The notes below the pieces were generated by a model. The model was not told where the DNA came from, made no database searches, and worked only from the letters and a program-made list of their open reading frames with translations. DNA of 64,000 nt, from positions 96,001 to 160,000 of the forward strand of contig CAWHCF010000010.1 in the NCBI GenBank assembly GCA_963827655.1. Reading direction: 5' to 3'. Positions 42,101 to 52,986 of this stretch are shown piece after piece (the stretch's first letter is position 1; the number at the start of each line of letters is the position of its first letter). This DNA comes from an uncultured Acidobacteriota bacterium. Its GTDB lineage: Bacteria > Acidobacteriota > UBA6911. A program made the position numbers and the translations under genes.

Positions 42101-44769
42101 AAGATTGGTGGTTTGCCGCGCGCGACAGCGACCGCATCGATGTCATCCCGGAGATGAAAAGCTACGAGCCTGGAGACAAAGCGCGATTCCAGGTGCGGAT
42201 GCCCTTCAGGCGCGCCACAGCCCTCGTCACCGTGGAACGCGAGGGGATCGCGGATGTGTTCGTGCGCGAGCTTCAGGGAAGAGAGCCGATCGTCGAAGTC
42301 CCGGTGAAGGGAAATTTCGCCCCCAACGTCTTTGTTTCTGTCCTCGCGGTTCGAGGTCGGGTCGGAGGCGTGCAGCCGACGGCCACGGTTGACCTGGGGC
42401 GTCCGGCCTACAAACTGGGGATCGCGGAGATCCGGGTCGGCTGGAAAGCTCACGAGCTTAAAGTGAAGGTCTCGACCGATCGTCCGGTCTACAGAGTGCG
42501 GGAAAAGGCCAGGGTGGATATCGCGGTCACGACGCCCGAAGGGACCGCTCCGCCGGCAGGGACGGAGGTTGCCCTTGCTGCCGTCGATGAAGGCCTGCTG
42601 GAGCTGCAGCCCAACGCCAGCTGGCAGCTCATCGACGCCATGATGCGCCGGCGCGGCTGCGGCGTCGAAACTTCAACGGCCCAGATGCACGTCATCGGAA
42701 AGCGGCACTTCGGGCTGAAGGCACTCCCGCAGGGGGGCGGGGGAGGCAAGCAGGCGACGCGCGAGCTTTTCGATACGCTGCTTTTATGGAGAGGGCGTGT
42801 CCCGCTCGACGGGCAAGGACGGGCCTCCGTTGAGGTCCCGTTGAACGACTCTTTGACCGGTTTTCGCATCGTCGCCGTAGCCACGGGAGGCACGGATCGC
42901 TTCGGCACCGGATCGACTTCGATCCGCTCCACGCAGGAGCTCATGATCTTGTCGGGAATCGCGCCCGTAGTTCGCCAGGGTGACCAGTTCCGCGCCACGT
43001 TCACCGTGCGCAACGCCACCGAGCGTCCGCGAGACGCGACGGTTTCCACGCGGGTCAAGGGAATTGCCGAGCCGCTCCAGCCCACGACCGTCGCACTTGC
43101 GCCCGGAGAGGCGCGAGAGATCGCCTGGACGGTAACCGCTCCCGCTACGGTCGATTCGCTCACCTACGAAGTTGAGGCCAAAGGCGCGGAGGGCGTCACG
43201 GATCGCCTGAGCGTCTCCCAGAGAGTCGTTCCTGCCGTTCCGGTTCGCCCCTTTCAGTCCGTCCTGATTCCAGTCGAGGGGGAAGTGCTGATGGACCTGG
43301 AGCGCCCCAACGACGCGCTTCCCGGGCGAGGCGGCATCCTGGTATCGCTGCAGCCTACTCTGCTTGATGGCCTCAAGGGCGTAACCGACTACATGCGCAG
43401 CTATCCCTATACCTGCCTGGAGCAGGAAATCTCGCGCGCCGTTGCGCTGCGGGATCGGGAACGGTGGAACAGGCTCATGGCTCAGCTCCCTGCGTACCTC
43501 GACTCGAATGGTCTTGCAAAATACTTCCCGTCGAACCCCAGGGGCAGCGACGTTTTGACTTCATATATCCTCGCCATTGCCGGCGAGGCCGGTTGGCAGA
43601 TGCCGGATCAACCCAGGAACGCGATGACGCGAGGGCTGCAGGGCTTCGTCGAGGGTCGAGTCATTCTTCACTCCCCGGTTTCGGCGGCCGACCTGGCGCT
43701 TCGCAAACTCTCGGCGCTGAATGCGCTCTCTCGCTGGGAGAAAGTCGAACCTGCCTTGCTCTCGGCGATCACCGTCGAGCCGAACCTCTGGCCTACCTCG
43801 GCTGTGATCGACTGGTTCGACATCATCCAGAGGGTTTCAGGAATCCGTAACGGGAGCGACCGGCTCCGGGAAGCCGACCAGATCCTCAGATCGAGGCTCA
43901 GCTTTCAGGGGACCACGATGGGTTTTTCCACGGAACGAAGCGATTTCCTCTGGTGGCTCATGGTCTCAAACGACACCAATGCGGTGCGATTGCTGCTCTC
44001 GGTGGCCGGCGCCGACTCCTGGCGCGAAGACCTTCCCAGGTTGGCCAGGGGATCTCTGGCGCGCCAGCGGCGAGGATCCTGGGATACGACGGTGGCAAAC
44101 GCGTGGGGCGTTCTGGCGCTGGAGAAGTTTTCCAAGGCTCTGGAAAAAACTTCAGTCACAGGCTCGACCTCCGTAACACTGAACACGACCCAGACGATCG
44201 ACTGGAATGAAACGCCCGCAGGGAAAGCGGTCTCATTCCCTTGGCCCGCCCAGCGAAGCCCGCTTTCGATCCGGACTTCCGGCGCCGGAAGGCCGTGGGC
44301 CACAGTGCAGAGCCTCGCGGCCATTCCGCTCAAGCAGCCTCTGACGAGCGGGTTCAAGCTCCGCAAGACCCTGACGGCAGTCGAGCAAAGACGACCAGGC
44401 GTCTGGAGTCGAGGGGACGTCCTAAGAGTAAGGATCGAGCTCGAAGCTTCGTCCGACATGACCTGGGTGGTGGTGAGCGATCCGATTCCGGGCGGTGGCG
44501 CGATCCTCGGGACCGGACTCGGACGGGACTCGCAGCTGCTAACGCGCGGCGAGGAGCGCAAGGGGTGGGTGTGGCCGGTTTTCGAAGAGCGCTCTGCCGA
44601 AGCCTTCCGCGCCTACTACGAGTACGTTCCAAAAGGGGAGTGGACCGTGGAGTACACCCTTCGATTGAACAACGAGGGGCTGTTTTCGATTCCCGCCACT
44701 CGGGTCGAGGCGATGTACGCTCCGGAAATGTTCGGAGAGACCCCGAACGAGGCCATGCGCATCCAATGA
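39127..44769 (+). CDS. Bacterial alpha-2-macroglobulin
   Basis: 1880 aa; MG domains (DRTLLRAGETVH, FRVEEYR, PLNDSLTGFRIVAVA); thioester YPYTCLEQ; VEAMYAPE terminus; followed by pbpC. Confidence 0.95.
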   Translation: MRSRTFLILLLGIHAPLGAQEAARVELFSPQGTVKQVRQARARFSEPMVPFADPRAAAQPFVIDCAEKGTGRWVDARNWVYDFERDLPAGVRCEFRIQDSLRTVSGRTLGGEQRFAFSTGGPAIIASFPPEGSERIDEAQIFVLELDGEATESSVLASVRFDVEGLAERIGARIVSGTEREQILKTSHYRYRKPLPPLLLIQARQRFPAGSAVTLIWGKGVAAASGVATESDLTRAFVTRTPFTASLNCPRENPDADCIPITPARLTFSAPVAASEARKAVVRGPGNRRWLAEIAESEKDDPYVHAVFFKGPFPERAAFTLEIPAGLKDDSGRNLTNSDKFPLSFRTDAYPSLAKFAADFGIVEAKPRALLPVTLRNVEPSVSARAFEVLGGEENTDPPAPARPDEDMAAKLRGRIFRVPPDRAGQMLDWIKKVSGRGWEDREKSVFGPVTAAKTKPFTVPKLHGPKAFEVVGIPLPKPGFYVVEIESGILGAALLGAAKPMFVPTAVLATNLSVHFKWGLESSLVWVTALDTGKPVSQAAIVIRDCGGKPLWEGQSDRDGIARVQTVPPRGTSQQCGDYPLEGGLLVSAQLGDDMAFVHTSWNDGIEPWRFQLPTEYETSLVAAHTIFDRTLLRAGETVHMKHILRRHVSSGFSRVPENERPGAVIMTHWGSDQKYEFPLRWDPAGIAETAWKIPNEARLGNYQVTLATNGRAGHHSGEFRVEEYRVPLMKGAIQTPSRMLVAPASVPLDLTVSYLAGGAAGNLPVRLRHVVQPRAATVFPAFDDFHFSNGKLKEGLIRHGAEEGEPQERKPFELNSTDLTLDRQGSARTVISELPGLEKPMEILAELEFRDPNGETQTVSSRIPLYPADRLVGIKPASWLTSEQSALRFQVAVVDLSGNPIAGAPVRVDLFERKTYSHRKRLVGGFYAFEHATETRRVGGLCEGKTDQRGLLLCDKRSPISGNLILQATTADSAGRETTANRDIWVAGKEDWWFAARDSDRIDVIPEMKSYEPGDKARFQVRMPFRRATALVTVEREGIADVFVRELQGREPIVEVPVKGNFAPNVFVSVLAVRGRVGGVQPTATVDLGRPAYKLGIAEIRVGWKAHELKVKVSTDRPVYRVREKARVDIAVTTPEGTAPPAGTEVALAAVDEGLLELQPNASWQLIDAMMRRRGCGVETSTAQMHVIGKRHFGLKALPQGGGGGKQATRELFDTLLLWRGRVPLDGQGRASVEVPLNDSLTGFRIVAVATGGTDRFGTGSTSIRSTQELMILSGIAPVVRQGDQFRATFTVRNATERPRDATVSTRVKGIAEPLQPTTVALAPGEAREIAWTVTAPATVDSLTYEVEAKGAEGVTDRLSVSQRVVPAVPVRPFQSVLIPVEGEVLMDLERPNDALPGRGGILVSLQPTLLDGLKGVTDYMRSYPYTCLEQEISRAVALRDRERWNRLMAQLPAYLDSNGLAKYFPSNPRGSDVLTSYILAIAGEAGWQMPDQPRNAMTRGLQGFVEGRVILHSPVSAADLALRKLSALNALSRWEKVEPALLSAITVEPNLWPTSAVIDWFDIIQRVSGIRNGSDRLREADQILRSRLSFQGTTMGFSTERSDFLWWLMVSNDTNAVRLLLSVAGADSWREDLPRLARGSLARQRRGSWDTTVANAWGVLALEKFSKALEKTSVTGSTSVTLNTTQTIDWNETPAGKAVSFPWPAQRSPLSIRTSGAGRPWATVQSLAAIPLKQPLTSGFKLRKTLTAVEQRRPGVWSRGDVLRVRIELEASSDMTWVVVSDPIPGGGAILGTGLGRDSQLLTRGEERKGWVWPVFEERSAEAFRAYYEYVPKGEWTVEYTLRLNNEGLFSIPATRVEAMYAPEMFGETPNEAMRIQ

Positions 44770-46916
44770 GAAGACCGCGCGTTCTCTTCGTCGTTGCCGC
44801 TGTCGCCGGCACGATCCTGCTGCTCTTGTTCGCCCTTTCCCGCTCCGTACCGATGCCTGCGTTTCAGGAAGTGCGCAGCGCCTACAGCGGGTCCGAGGCC
44901 ACCGTGCTGGACCGTCACCATCAGGTCATTCACCAGCTTCGAGTCAAGCATCAGGGCCGCCGCTTGGACTGGGTGGCGCTTTCGGAGATATCGCCTGCCT
45001 TTCGGTCCGCGCTGGTTCACGCCGAAGACCGAAGATTTCACACTCACCGGGGGGTCGACTGGATCTCGTTTGGCGGGGCGCTGGCCGGCAGCTTCAGGTC
45101 CGCCAGGAATCGGGGCGCCAGCACCATCACGATGCAGCTGGCCGCCATGCTCCACGAGCAGCTGCGCCCGCGAGGCCATGGCCGTTCCGTCGCCCAGAAA
45201 TGGAATCAGATCCGGTCGGCGCTCAGTCTCGAGCGAAGCTGGTCCAAAAATGACATTCTGGAAGCCTACGTCAATCTGGTTACATTTCGCGGCGAGCTTC
45301 AGGGAATCGGTGCGGCGGCCAAGGGGCTTTTTGACAAGAGTCCCCATGGCCTGGATGACATCGAATCCATGATACTGGCGGCTCTGGTGCGCTCGCCGAA
45401 CGCCGAGAGCGACGCGGTGACCCGAAGGGCAATCGCGCTCTCGGAGTCGATGGGCCTGCGCCTGGAGGCGGCCGAGATCGGGGTCAGGGCGAAGGCGGTT
45501 CTTTCGCGTCCTTACTTTGTCCAGCCTGAGGTTGCGCTCGCGCCCCACGTGGCGCTCCGGCTGGTCGGAATCAATCCGGGCGCAACGACAATCGTCTCGA
45601 CGCTCGACCGCGATCTGCAGAGCTTCGCCCTTGGCGTTTTGCGTCACCACCTTCTCTCGCTTCGATCTCAGAATGTTGCCGACGCGGCTGCGCTCGTGGT
45701 CGACAACCGCACAGGCGAGGTCCTGGCTTACGTCGGGAACGCCGGCGACCAGACAAGCGCGAAATACGTGGATGGGGTCGAGGCGCTCCGCCAGGCCGGC
45801 TCCACGCTGAAGCCGTTCGTTTACGCCACCGCTCTCGAGCGGCGTTACCTGACGGCCGCTTCCCTGATCGATGACAGCCCGGTCGACCTTCCAGTGCCGG
45901 GCGGAGTCTACCGGCCGATGAATTACGACCAGCGGTTCCATGGCCTTGTCACCGCGCGCGCCGCGCTGGCTTCGTCATTGAACGTGCCCGCGGTCAAGGC
46001 GCTCAACATGATCGGCGTCGAAGCCTTTGTCGAGCAGTTGCGTGCCCTCGGTTTCCGAAAACTTCGCTCCGCGGAATTCTACGGGCCCTCTCTTGCGCTG
46101 GGTTCGGCGGATGTTGCACTGTGGGATCTGGTGAACGCTTATCGCGCGCTTGCCAATGCCGGACGCGTCGGATCGATGCGTCTGACTTTCGACGACCCGG
46201 CAGGACCATCGAAACCGGCTTTCTCCCCTGAGGCGGCTTTCCTGGTCTCGCACATCCTGTCGGATCGGGAGAGTCGTAGCATGACGTTTCAGCTGGAGAG
46301 TCCTCTGGCCACCCGCTACTGGTCCGCCGTAAAGACCGGGACCAGCAAGGATATGCGCGACAACTGGTGCGTCGGCTACTCGAGCCAATACACGGTTGGG
46401 GTATGGGCCGGCAACTTTTCGGGAGCGCCTATGTGGAACGTCACCGGCATCACGGGTGCGGCTCCCGTGTGGGTGGAGATCATGAACTGGCTCCACCGGG
46501 ACGGCTCGAGTCGCGAGCCGGAAGCGCCGCCGGGAGTTGTCTGCCGGGACGTAGAATTTTCCCATTCGGGACGAAGCCGCCGCGAGTGTTTCATCGAAGG
46601 AACTGAAACGCCCGTGGTGCAAGAAACGGCCGCTTCGGTAAGGATCAAGATCGCATACCCGGCTTCAGGCACCGTGATTGCGCTCGACCCCGATATACCG
46701 GCGGCCCAGCAGAGGCTCTTTCTTGAAGCCGAACCCCGTGATGACCGCCTGCGCTGGGTACTTGACGGCGAAGTTCTGGGGTCCGCCGGGTCGCTGGTGT
46801 TGTGGATCCCGAAGGTCGGGCCGCATACGCTCGCGCTACAGGACAAAACCGGGCGGGTACTGGATTCCGTCGTGTTCCAGGTTCGCGGCCGTGTGAATCA
46901 ACTGGCTTCCAAGTAA
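44766..46916 (+). CDS. pbpC: Penicillin-binding protein 1C
   Basis: EDRRF, GASTITMQLA transglycosylase; GSTLKPF (SxxK), SLN, KTGTS; C-terminal BiPBP_C; ATGA overlap with A2M. Confidence 0.93.
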   Translation: MRRPRVLFVVAAVAGTILLLLFALSRSVPMPAFQEVRSAYSGSEATVLDRHHQVIHQLRVKHQGRRLDWVALSEISPAFRSALVHAEDRRFHTHRGVDWISFGGALAGSFRSARNRGASTITMQLAAMLHEQLRPRGHGRSVAQKWNQIRSALSLERSWSKNDILEAYVNLVTFRGELQGIGAAAKGLFDKSPHGLDDIESMILAALVRSPNAESDAVTRRAIALSESMGLRLEAAEIGVRAKAVLSRPYFVQPEVALAPHVALRLVGINPGATTIVSTLDRDLQSFALGVLRHHLLSLRSQNVADAAALVVDNRTGEVLAYVGNAGDQTSAKYVDGVEALRQAGSTLKPFVYATALERRYLTAASLIDDSPVDLPVPGGVYRPMNYDQRFHGLVTARAALASSLNVPAVKALNMIGVEAFVEQLRALGFRKLRSAEFYGPSLALGSADVALWDLVNAYRALANAGRVGSMRLTFDDPAGPSKPAFSPEAAFLVSHILSDRESRSMTFQLESPLATRYWSAVKTGTSKDMRDNWCVGYSSQYTVGVWAGNFSGAPMWNVTGITGAAPVWVEIMNWLHRDGSSREPEAPPGVVCRDVEFSHSGRSRRECFIEGTETPVVQETAASVRIKIAYPASGTVIALDPDIPAAQQRLFLEAEPRDDRLRWVLDGEVLGSAGSLVLWIPKVGPHTLALQDKTGRVLDSVVFQVRGRVNQLASK

Positions 46917-46964
46917 GACGTCAAAATCGACCACCAAGGCCCAAGGACGCGAAGCATCACGAAA

Positions 46965-48320
46965 ATGACATCCCTCTTGATCCGACAGGCCGCCTGGCTC
47001 GTCGCCATGGACGATGCCGATAGTCGCTGGGCCGGCGGCGGGCTCTATGTCGTCGACAACGTAATTCGACAGGTAGGACCGAGTTCACAACTGCCGCAAG
47101 ACGCCGACCAGACGATCGACGCGCGTGACATGCTGATCCTGCCGGGTATGGTCAACACCCACCATCACTTTGTTCAGACCTTGACACGAAATCTACCGGC
47201 TGCCCAGGACGCGAATCTTTTCAATTGGCTGCGAACCCACTATCCGATTTGGGCCGGCCTTACGCCGGAGGCTGTCTACGTCAGCAGTAAGACTGCAATC
47301 GCCGAGCTCATGCTGTCGGGTTGCACGACTTCAAGTGATCATACTTACCTCTGGCCGAACGGGGCATGCGTTGACGACCAGATTCGGGCTGCTGCCGACA
47401 TGGGCTTCCGCTTTCACGCCGCTCGCGGCTCGATGTCGGTCGGCGAATCGAAGGGAGGTTTGCCGCCCGATTACCTGGTCGAAAGCGAGGACCAGGTTCT
47501 CCGCGACTCCGAGCGCGTTCTTGAAAAACATCACGACCCTCGCCCCTACGCCATGACGCGAATCGTGCTGGCGCCCTGTTCACCTTTTTCGGTTTCGCGA
47601 GATCTCATGCGGGAAAGCCTGGCTCTGGCCCGGGACTACGGCGTTTGTTCCCATACCCATCTTGCCGAAACCCTGGACGAAGCCGTCTATTGCCGCGAGA
47701 AGTTCGGCCGCACGCCGGTAGAATTTGCGGAGGAGCTGGGATGGGTGGGGCCGGATGTATGGCACGCCCACATGGTCCATCCTTCGGCAGACGAGATCAG
47801 CCGGCTCGGGAAGAGTCATACCGGGATCGCGCACTGTCCGAGCTCGAACATGCGACTGGCGTCTGGGATCGCGCCGGTCCGGTCGTTGCAAAAGGCGGGA
47901 GCCCGCGTGGGGCTCGGAGTCGACGGTTCGGCATCCAACGATGGATCACACATGCTTGCAGAAGCCCGGCAGGCGATGCTGTTACAGCGGGTGTCGGGGA
48001 ATCCCGCCGCCATGACCGCATTCGACGCGCTTCGGATGGCGACTCGCGGCGGGGCGGCGGTGCTGGGACGGGAGGATATCGGCTGCCTGGCGCCCGGAAT
48101 GGCCGCCGACTTCATCGGCTACCGTCTGGATCGACTGGCGCTTGCAGGCGGCGCGGTTCATGATCCGCTCGCCTCTCTGGTCTTCTGTCACCCGCCGGCT
48201 GTGGATCTGAGTGTGATCAACGGCCGGGTGCGCGTGAAGGAAGGCTGCTTGCTCGAGACCGATCTCGACCAGCTCGTCCGGCAGCACAACGACCTTGCAC
48301 GCCGCCTGGTGACCCGGTGA
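46965..48320 (+). CDS. 8-oxoguanine deaminase (amidohydrolase)
   Basis: NTHHHFVQTLTR; SGCTTSSDH; RGSMSVGES.GGLPP; PCSPF; HTHLAET; GVDGSASND. Confidence 0.88.
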   Translation: MTSLLIRQAAWLVAMDDADSRWAGGGLYVVDNVIRQVGPSSQLPQDADQTIDARDMLILPGMVNTHHHFVQTLTRNLPAAQDANLFNWLRTHYPIWAGLTPEAVYVSSKTAIAELMLSGCTTSSDHTYLWPNGACVDDQIRAAADMGFRFHAARGSMSVGESKGGLPPDYLVESEDQVLRDSERVLEKHHDPRPYAMTRIVLAPCSPFSVSRDLMRESLALARDYGVCSHTHLAETLDEAVYCREKFGRTPVEFAEELGWVGPDVWHAHMVHPSADEISRLGKSHTGIAHCPSSNMRLASGIAPVRSLQKAGARVGLGVDGSASNDGSHMLAEARQAMLLQRVSGNPAAMTAFDALRMATRGGAAVLGREDIGCLAPGMAADFIGYRLDRLALAGGAVHDPLASLVFCHPPAVDLSVINGRVRVKEGCLLETDLDQLVRQHNDLARRLVTR

Positions 48321-48412
48321 CGATTCGACGATTCTGGTCGACGATTTACGATTGCGAAAGGCGCATCCACGTTCGAATCGTCAATCGTCGACGGTCTGAG
48401 ATCGTCAATTGC
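48318..48412. repeat. Degenerate GACGATT/AATCGTC heptamer hairpin between convergent genes
   Basis: gacgattcgacgatt..gacgatttacgattg / aatcgtcaatcgtc..atcgtcaatt. Confidence 0.7.
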
Positions 48413-48413
48413 T

Positions 48414-49742
48414 CTAGGCGCTGGTTCCGAGAACAAAATGGAGTATGAAAAGGGCAGTCAAGCTGTAGGTGACGAGATTATTCTCGTGGTGCCTGCCGGC
48501 CAGGAATTTGACGATCGTGTAGGACATGAAGCCGAAAGCCAGCCCCTGCGCGATCGAATAAGTCAGCGGCATCATCAGGATGGTAAGGAAGGCCGGGAAG
48601 GCTTCCGTGAAGTTACTGAAGTCAATGTGCGCGATCTCTGCCATCATCAGGACGCCGACAATGATCAACGCCGGCGCCGTGGCCTGAGCCGGAATTAACC
48701 CAACCATGGGCGCGAACACCAACGCGACCACGAACAGGAAAGCCACCACCAGCGCGGTAAGCCCGGTCCTCCCGCCTTCCGAAACTCCCGCGGCGCTTTC
48801 GACATAGCTCGTGACCGTGCTCGTCCCCATCAGCGCGCCGAACATCGTCCCGAGGGAATCCGCGAAAAGCGCCTTCCCGATGCGAGGCAGCTGTCCTCGT
48901 TCGTCCAGCAGGCCGGCCTTGCGAGAGACACCGATCAGAGTGCCGATGTTGTCAAACAGGTCCACAAAGGTGAAGGAGAACAAGATCGGAATCAGCCCGA
49001 CTTCCAGCGCTCCCTTGATGTCTAACTGAAAGGCGGTGGGCTTGAGCGCTGCCAGAGGATTCGTGACCGCGATGAAGCTGCCGATCCCCACGGGAGCCGG
49101 AGATACGCCGAAACCCATCGCAACCGCCGTGGTAAAACCAATCCCAAGCAGCAACGCGCCTTTGATCCGACGCGCCATGAGAAATGCCGTGGCGATTAAT
49201 CCTGCAATCGACACCAGGACTCCCGCATCCTTCATGCTCCCCAGCGCGACCAGCGTTGCGTCACTCTTTACAATGATGCCCGCGTTGCGCAGCCCGATAA
49301 ACGCGATGAACAGGCCTATTCCGACGCCAATGGCCGAGCGCAGCACGTGCGGGACGCCATCGACGATCCATTCCCGCACCTTTGTGACCGTGAGCACGAA
49401 GAAAACCACGCCGGAAATAAAGACCGCCCCCAGCGCCGTCTGCCAGGGAAGCTTCATACCGATTACGACGGCGTAGGTGAAGAACGCGTTGAGACCCATG
49501 CCGGGCGCCACGGCAATCGGGTAGTTCGCATAAAGCCCCATGACCAGGGTGGCGAAAGCCGAGGCGACACACGTTGCCGCGAAGGTCGCTTCGACGGGCA
49601 TCCCGGCGTCTTTCAGAATGTTCGGATTGACAAACAGGATGTAGGCGAGCGTGACGAACGTGGTGATACCAGCCAGAACCTCGGTCCGAACGTTGGTCCG
49701 GTTTTCTTCCAGGTGGAAAACCCGTTCGAGTATTCGCAGCAA
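48414..49742 (-). CDS. NCS2 (AzgA-like) purine permease
   Basis: TEVLAGITTF..YILFVNP; APGMGLNAFF; DLFDNIGT; YVESAAGVSEGGRTGL. Confidence 0.93.
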   Translation of the reverse strand: MLRILERVFHLEENRTNVRTEVLAGITTFVTLAYILFVNPNILKDAGMPVEATFAATCVASAFATLVMGLYANYPIAVAPGMGLNAFFTYAVVIGMKLPWQTALGAVFISGVVFFVLTVTKVREWIVDGVPHVLRSAIGVGIGLFIAFIGLRNAGIIVKSDATLVALGSMKDAGVLVSIAGLIATAFLMARRIKGALLLGIGFTTAVAMGFGVSPAPVGIGSFIAVTNPLAALKPTAFQLDIKGALEVGLIPILFSFTFVDLFDNIGTLIGVSRKAGLLDERGQLPRIGKALFADSLGTMFGALMGTSTVTSYVESAAGVSEGGRTGLTALVVAFLFVVALVFAPMVGLIPAQATAPALIIVGVLMMAEIAHIDFSNFTEAFPAFLTILMMPLTYSIAQGLAFGFMSYTIVKFLAGRHHENNLVTYSLTALFILHFVLGTSA

Positions 49743-49784
49743 GAGCCCTCACCACGAAAGACGCTAGGAAACGAAAACCTTGAG

Positions 49785-51044
49785 CTAATCGTTGATTGAG
49801 ACGGGAGCTGCGGGGTAGTGGGACTCGACATACTCATTGAGCAGGGCAATGAACCTGTCGACCATCCCTTCGCCGCGCAAGGTAGTCACCAGCCGGCCAT
49901 CGACAAAGACAGGCGCCTTCGGCTCCTCTCCTGTACCCGGCAGCGATATTCCGATGTTGGCGTGCTTCGACTCCCCCGGCCCGTTCACTACACAACCCAT
50001 GACGGCAACCTTCAGCTCCTCGACTCCTCGATACTGGCTCTTCCACACCGGCATCTGGTTCCTTAAATAGGTCTGGATCTGATCCGCCATTTCCTGGAAA
50101 AAGGTCGAGGTCGTGCGACCGCAACCAGGGCAAGCCGAGACCTGCGGGGCAAAGCTGCGAATCCCAAGCGACTGCAGAATCTGCTGCGCTACCAGCACCT
50201 CCTCGGTCCGGTCTCCATTCGGAGCAGGGGTGAGAGAAACGCGGATCGTATCGCCGATTCCCTCTTGCAACAGGATCGCGAGCGCCGCCGCCGAGGCAAC
50301 CACTCCTTTGGTTCCCATCCCGGCTTCGGTCAGGCCCAGGTGCAATGCGTAATCGCATTGCTCAGCCAGCAGGCGGTAAACTTCGACGAGATCCTGGACA
50401 CCCGAGACCTTCGCGCTGAGAATGATCTGGTCGCGGCGCAGCCCGTAATCCTCGGCCATACGCGCGGATTCGAGAGCGCTCAGATTCATGGCTTCGATCA
50501 AAACGCCGCGCGCGTCCCTGGGCTCGGGCCGCAGCGTGTTCTGGTCCATGAGCCGCGTCAGCAGGGCCTGATCCAGGGAGCCCCAGTTCACGCCGATGCG
50601 CACCGGCTTCCCGTTTTCGACCGCCACCTGAATCATCTGGCGGAAGTTCTCGTCGTGGCGCTTTCCGACTCCGACGTTACCCGGATTGATCCGGTATTTG
50701 GCGAGCGCGCGCGCGCACTCCGGATACTCGGTGAGAAGAATATGCCCGTTGTAGTGGAAGTCGCCGACAACCGGGACGCGCACTCCCATGTCTTCCAGGC
50801 GGCTGACAATCTCGGGTACTGCCCGCGCGGCCTCGTGGGTATTGACCGTGATGCGCACCAGTTCGGACCCGGCCGCAGCCAACCTTGCCACCTGGTCTGA
50901 GGTCGTCAGGGGATCGGCCGTATCGGTGTTGGTCATGGACTGGACCACAACCGGCGCCCCTCCTCCCACCATTACCCCGCCGACGCTCACGCCGGTTGAT
51001 TTTCTGCGCACCGGCCCTGACGTGCCAAGCTCTCTCATTGTCAT
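49785..51044 (-). CDS. ispG: (E)-4-hydroxy-3-methylbut-2-enyl-diphosphate synthase
   Basis: VQSMTNTDT; RINPGN; [10 protein letters not shown]; HLGLTEAG; GDTIRVSL; CPGCGR; [11 protein letters not shown]. Confidence 0.96.
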   Translation of the reverse strand: MTMRELGTSGPVRRKSTGVSVGGVMVGGGAPVVVQSMTNTDTADPLTTSDQVARLAAAGSELVRITVNTHEAARAVPEIVSRLEDMGVRVPVVGDFHYNGHILLTEYPECARALAKYRINPGNVGVGKRHDENFRQMIQVAVENGKPVRIGVNWGSLDQALLTRLMDQNTLRPEPRDARGVLIEAMNLSALESARMAEDYGLRRDQIILSAKVSGVQDLVEVYRLLAEQCDYALHLGLTEAGMGTKGVVASAAALAILLQEGIGDTIRVSLTPAPNGDRTEEVLVAQQILQSLGIRSFAPQVSACPGCGRTTSTFFQEMADQIQTYLRNQMPVWKSQYRGVEELKVAVMGCVVNGPGESKHANIGISLPGTGEEPKAPVFVDGRLVTTLRGEGMVDRFIALLNEYVESHYPAAPVSIND

Positions 51045-51240
51045 ACTGGAATTCAACAATGTAGCCCAACCAAATGCAAGCCACAAGAGCTTCGGGTCGC
51101 CGCGCCTATGTGGTTGCTGTTGCCAGACAAATCAGCCACGAAGACACCAGGGTATGGCGCGAGAGCCCCCGGTCTTGGCTCATAACTTCATTTATGGTAA
51201 AGAATGACAGCCCCTTTTGTGGCATGGAAAGGAGTCACCG

Positions 51241-51792
51241 TTGAGAGCACGACTCGACGAAGAACTGGGACCCCCTCTCTTCACGGCCGACGCCATTCAG
51301 AAGCGGGTCCGGGAGCTAGGGGCCACGATCACCCGGGACTATCAGGGCAGGTCTCCGCATCTGATCGCGATCCTCAAAGGCGCAAGCATCTTTCATGCGG
51401 ACCTGGTCCGCTCGATTGAATTGCCGGTCTCGTGCGACTTCATCGCGGTCGCCAGCTATGGCGCCTTGACGAAGAGCAGCGGAGAAGTGAGGATTCTCAA
51501 AGACCTGGATGAAAGTCTCGAAGGCAAAGACGTGCTCCTGGTCGAAGACATTCTGGACACCGGTCTTACGCTTAATTACCTGCTTCAAAACCTTCAATCC
51601 CGGGGTCCGCAATCGGTAAAGGTCGTGGTTCTCCTGAACAAACCTTCCCGGCGTCAGATCGAAGTTTCCGCTGACTACGTGGGATTCGAGATTCCGGACC
51701 ATTTCGTCGTGGGCTACGGGCTGGATTACAACCAGCGATACCGCAACCTCCCCTGCATTTCCACCTTGAGGGTCGGCTCCAATACGGCTTGA
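51241..51792 (+). CDS. hpt: Hypoxanthine phosphoribosyltransferase
   Basis: ILKGA; VLLVEDILDTGLTL; FVVGYGLDYNQRYRNLP; TTG start after GGAG. Confidence 0.94.
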   Translation: MRARLDEELGPPLFTADAIQKRVRELGATITRDYQGRSPHLIAILKGASIFHADLVRSIELPVSCDFIAVASYGALTKSSGEVRILKDLDESLEGKDVLLVEDILDTGLTLNYLLQNLQSRGPQSVKVVVLLNKPSRRQIEVSADYVGFEIPDHFVVGYGLDYNQRYRNLPCISTLRVGSNTA

Positions 51793-51816
51793 GAGGTCCA
51801 CCGCCACCAGGTTGCG

Positions 51817-52986
51817 CTACCGGAGCTGGGAGAGAAACGAAATGCCGGCCGGAAGGCGCGCGCCGAAATTCTCCGCGATGGTTTGCCCGATATCGGCCAT
51901 GGTCCGGCGGGTTCCGAGATCGACGTTGCCCTCGAGCTTCTTGCTGTACACCAGGATGGGAACATACTCGCGCGAGTGGTCGGTGCTCGGCGTGGTGGGA
52001 TCGCACCCGTGGTCGGCGCTGATCACGAGGCAGTCGTCCGCGTTCATCGCGTTGATGAGATCCGGAATTCTCCGATCGAAATCTTCAAGGCCCCGCGCAT
52101 AACCTCCAGGGTCGTTGCGGTGGCCCCAGAGCATATCGAAATCAACGAAGTTGCTGAAGATCAAACCATCCGGGGCCCACTGGAGCGCATCGATCGTCTG
52201 GTCCATTGACTCTGTATTGTCTTGCGCCTTCAGATTCTCGGTGATCCCACGATAATTGAAGATCGATGCAATCTTGCCGACGGCGACGGCCGCCAGGTTC
52301 CGGGCATGCAGCACATCGAGCAATGTGTTCTCCGGCGGCGGCACTGCGAAATCCTTGCGATTCTTGGTCCGCTGAAAATTCCCCGGCGTGCCGGTGAAGG
52401 GGCGCGCGATGACGCGTCCGACGCGATCCTGTCCGTCCAGCAACTTCCGCGCAATTTCACAAATGCGGTACAGCTCCTCGAGCGGGATGACTTCCTCGTG
52501 GGCCGCAACCTGAAATACCGAATCGGCGGACGTATAGACGATGGGACGCCCTGTCTTGACGTGTTCCTCGCCCAGCTCCTTGATGATCTCCGTCCCCGAC
52601 GCCGGCTTGTTCCCCAGCACCCCGCGGCCGATGGTCTTCTCGAAAGGCTCCAGCACTCTCGGCGGAAAACCGCGCGGATACGTGGGGAAGGGTTGCGGCG
52701 TGATGATCCCGGCCATCTCCCAATGTCCGACGGTGGTATCCTTGCCGTTCGAGCAGATCGCTGCTTTTCCGAAAGATCCTTCGGCTCGCGCGCATGGGGG
52801 CAACTCTGGCAGCGAGCGGATATTGCCCAGCCCGAGCCTTTGCAAGTTGGGCAGCCTCGGTTTCTCGGCGGCGAGAACGTTTCCGATCGTGTCACTCCCT
52901 TCATCCCCCCATTCGGCGGCGTCGGGCATTTCGCCGATTCCGGCGCTATCAAGAACAACAAGCACAACTCTTCTAAACAGAACCAT
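51817..52986 (-). CDS. deoB: Phosphopentomutase
   Basis: VLDSAGIG; [10 protein letters not shown]; YTSADSV; RVIARPF; [11 protein letters not shown]; ADHGCDPT. Confidence 0.96.
   Translation of the reverse strand: MVLFRRVVLVVLDSAGIGEMPDAAEWGDEGSDTIGNVLAAEKPRLPNLQRLGLGNIRSLPELPPCARAEGSFGKAAICSNGKDTTVGHWEMAGIITPQPFPTYPRGFPPRVLEPFEKTIGRGVLGNKPASGTEIIKELGEEHVKTGRPIVYTSADSVFQVAAHEEVIPLEELYRICEIARKLLDGQDRVGRVIARPFTGTPGNFQRTKNRKDFAVPPPENTLLDVLHARNLAAVAVGKIASIFNYRGITENLKAQDNTESMDQTIDALQWAPDGLIFSNFVDFDMLWGHRNDPGGYARGLEDFDRRIPDLINAMNADDCLVISADHGCDPTTPSTDHSREYVPILVYSKKLEGNVDLGTRRTMADIGQTIAENFGARLPAGISFLSQLR

Noticed and set aside
44241-44765. 175-aa N-terminal extension of PbpC
   Set aside because: Overlaps A2M in another frame. 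The ATGA-coupled start at 44766 gives the normal TM anchor.
51045-51240. Purine riboswitch upstream of hpt or ispG/NCS2
   Set aside because: Conserved purine-aptamer core not recognisable; the hairpins resemble the local REP family.
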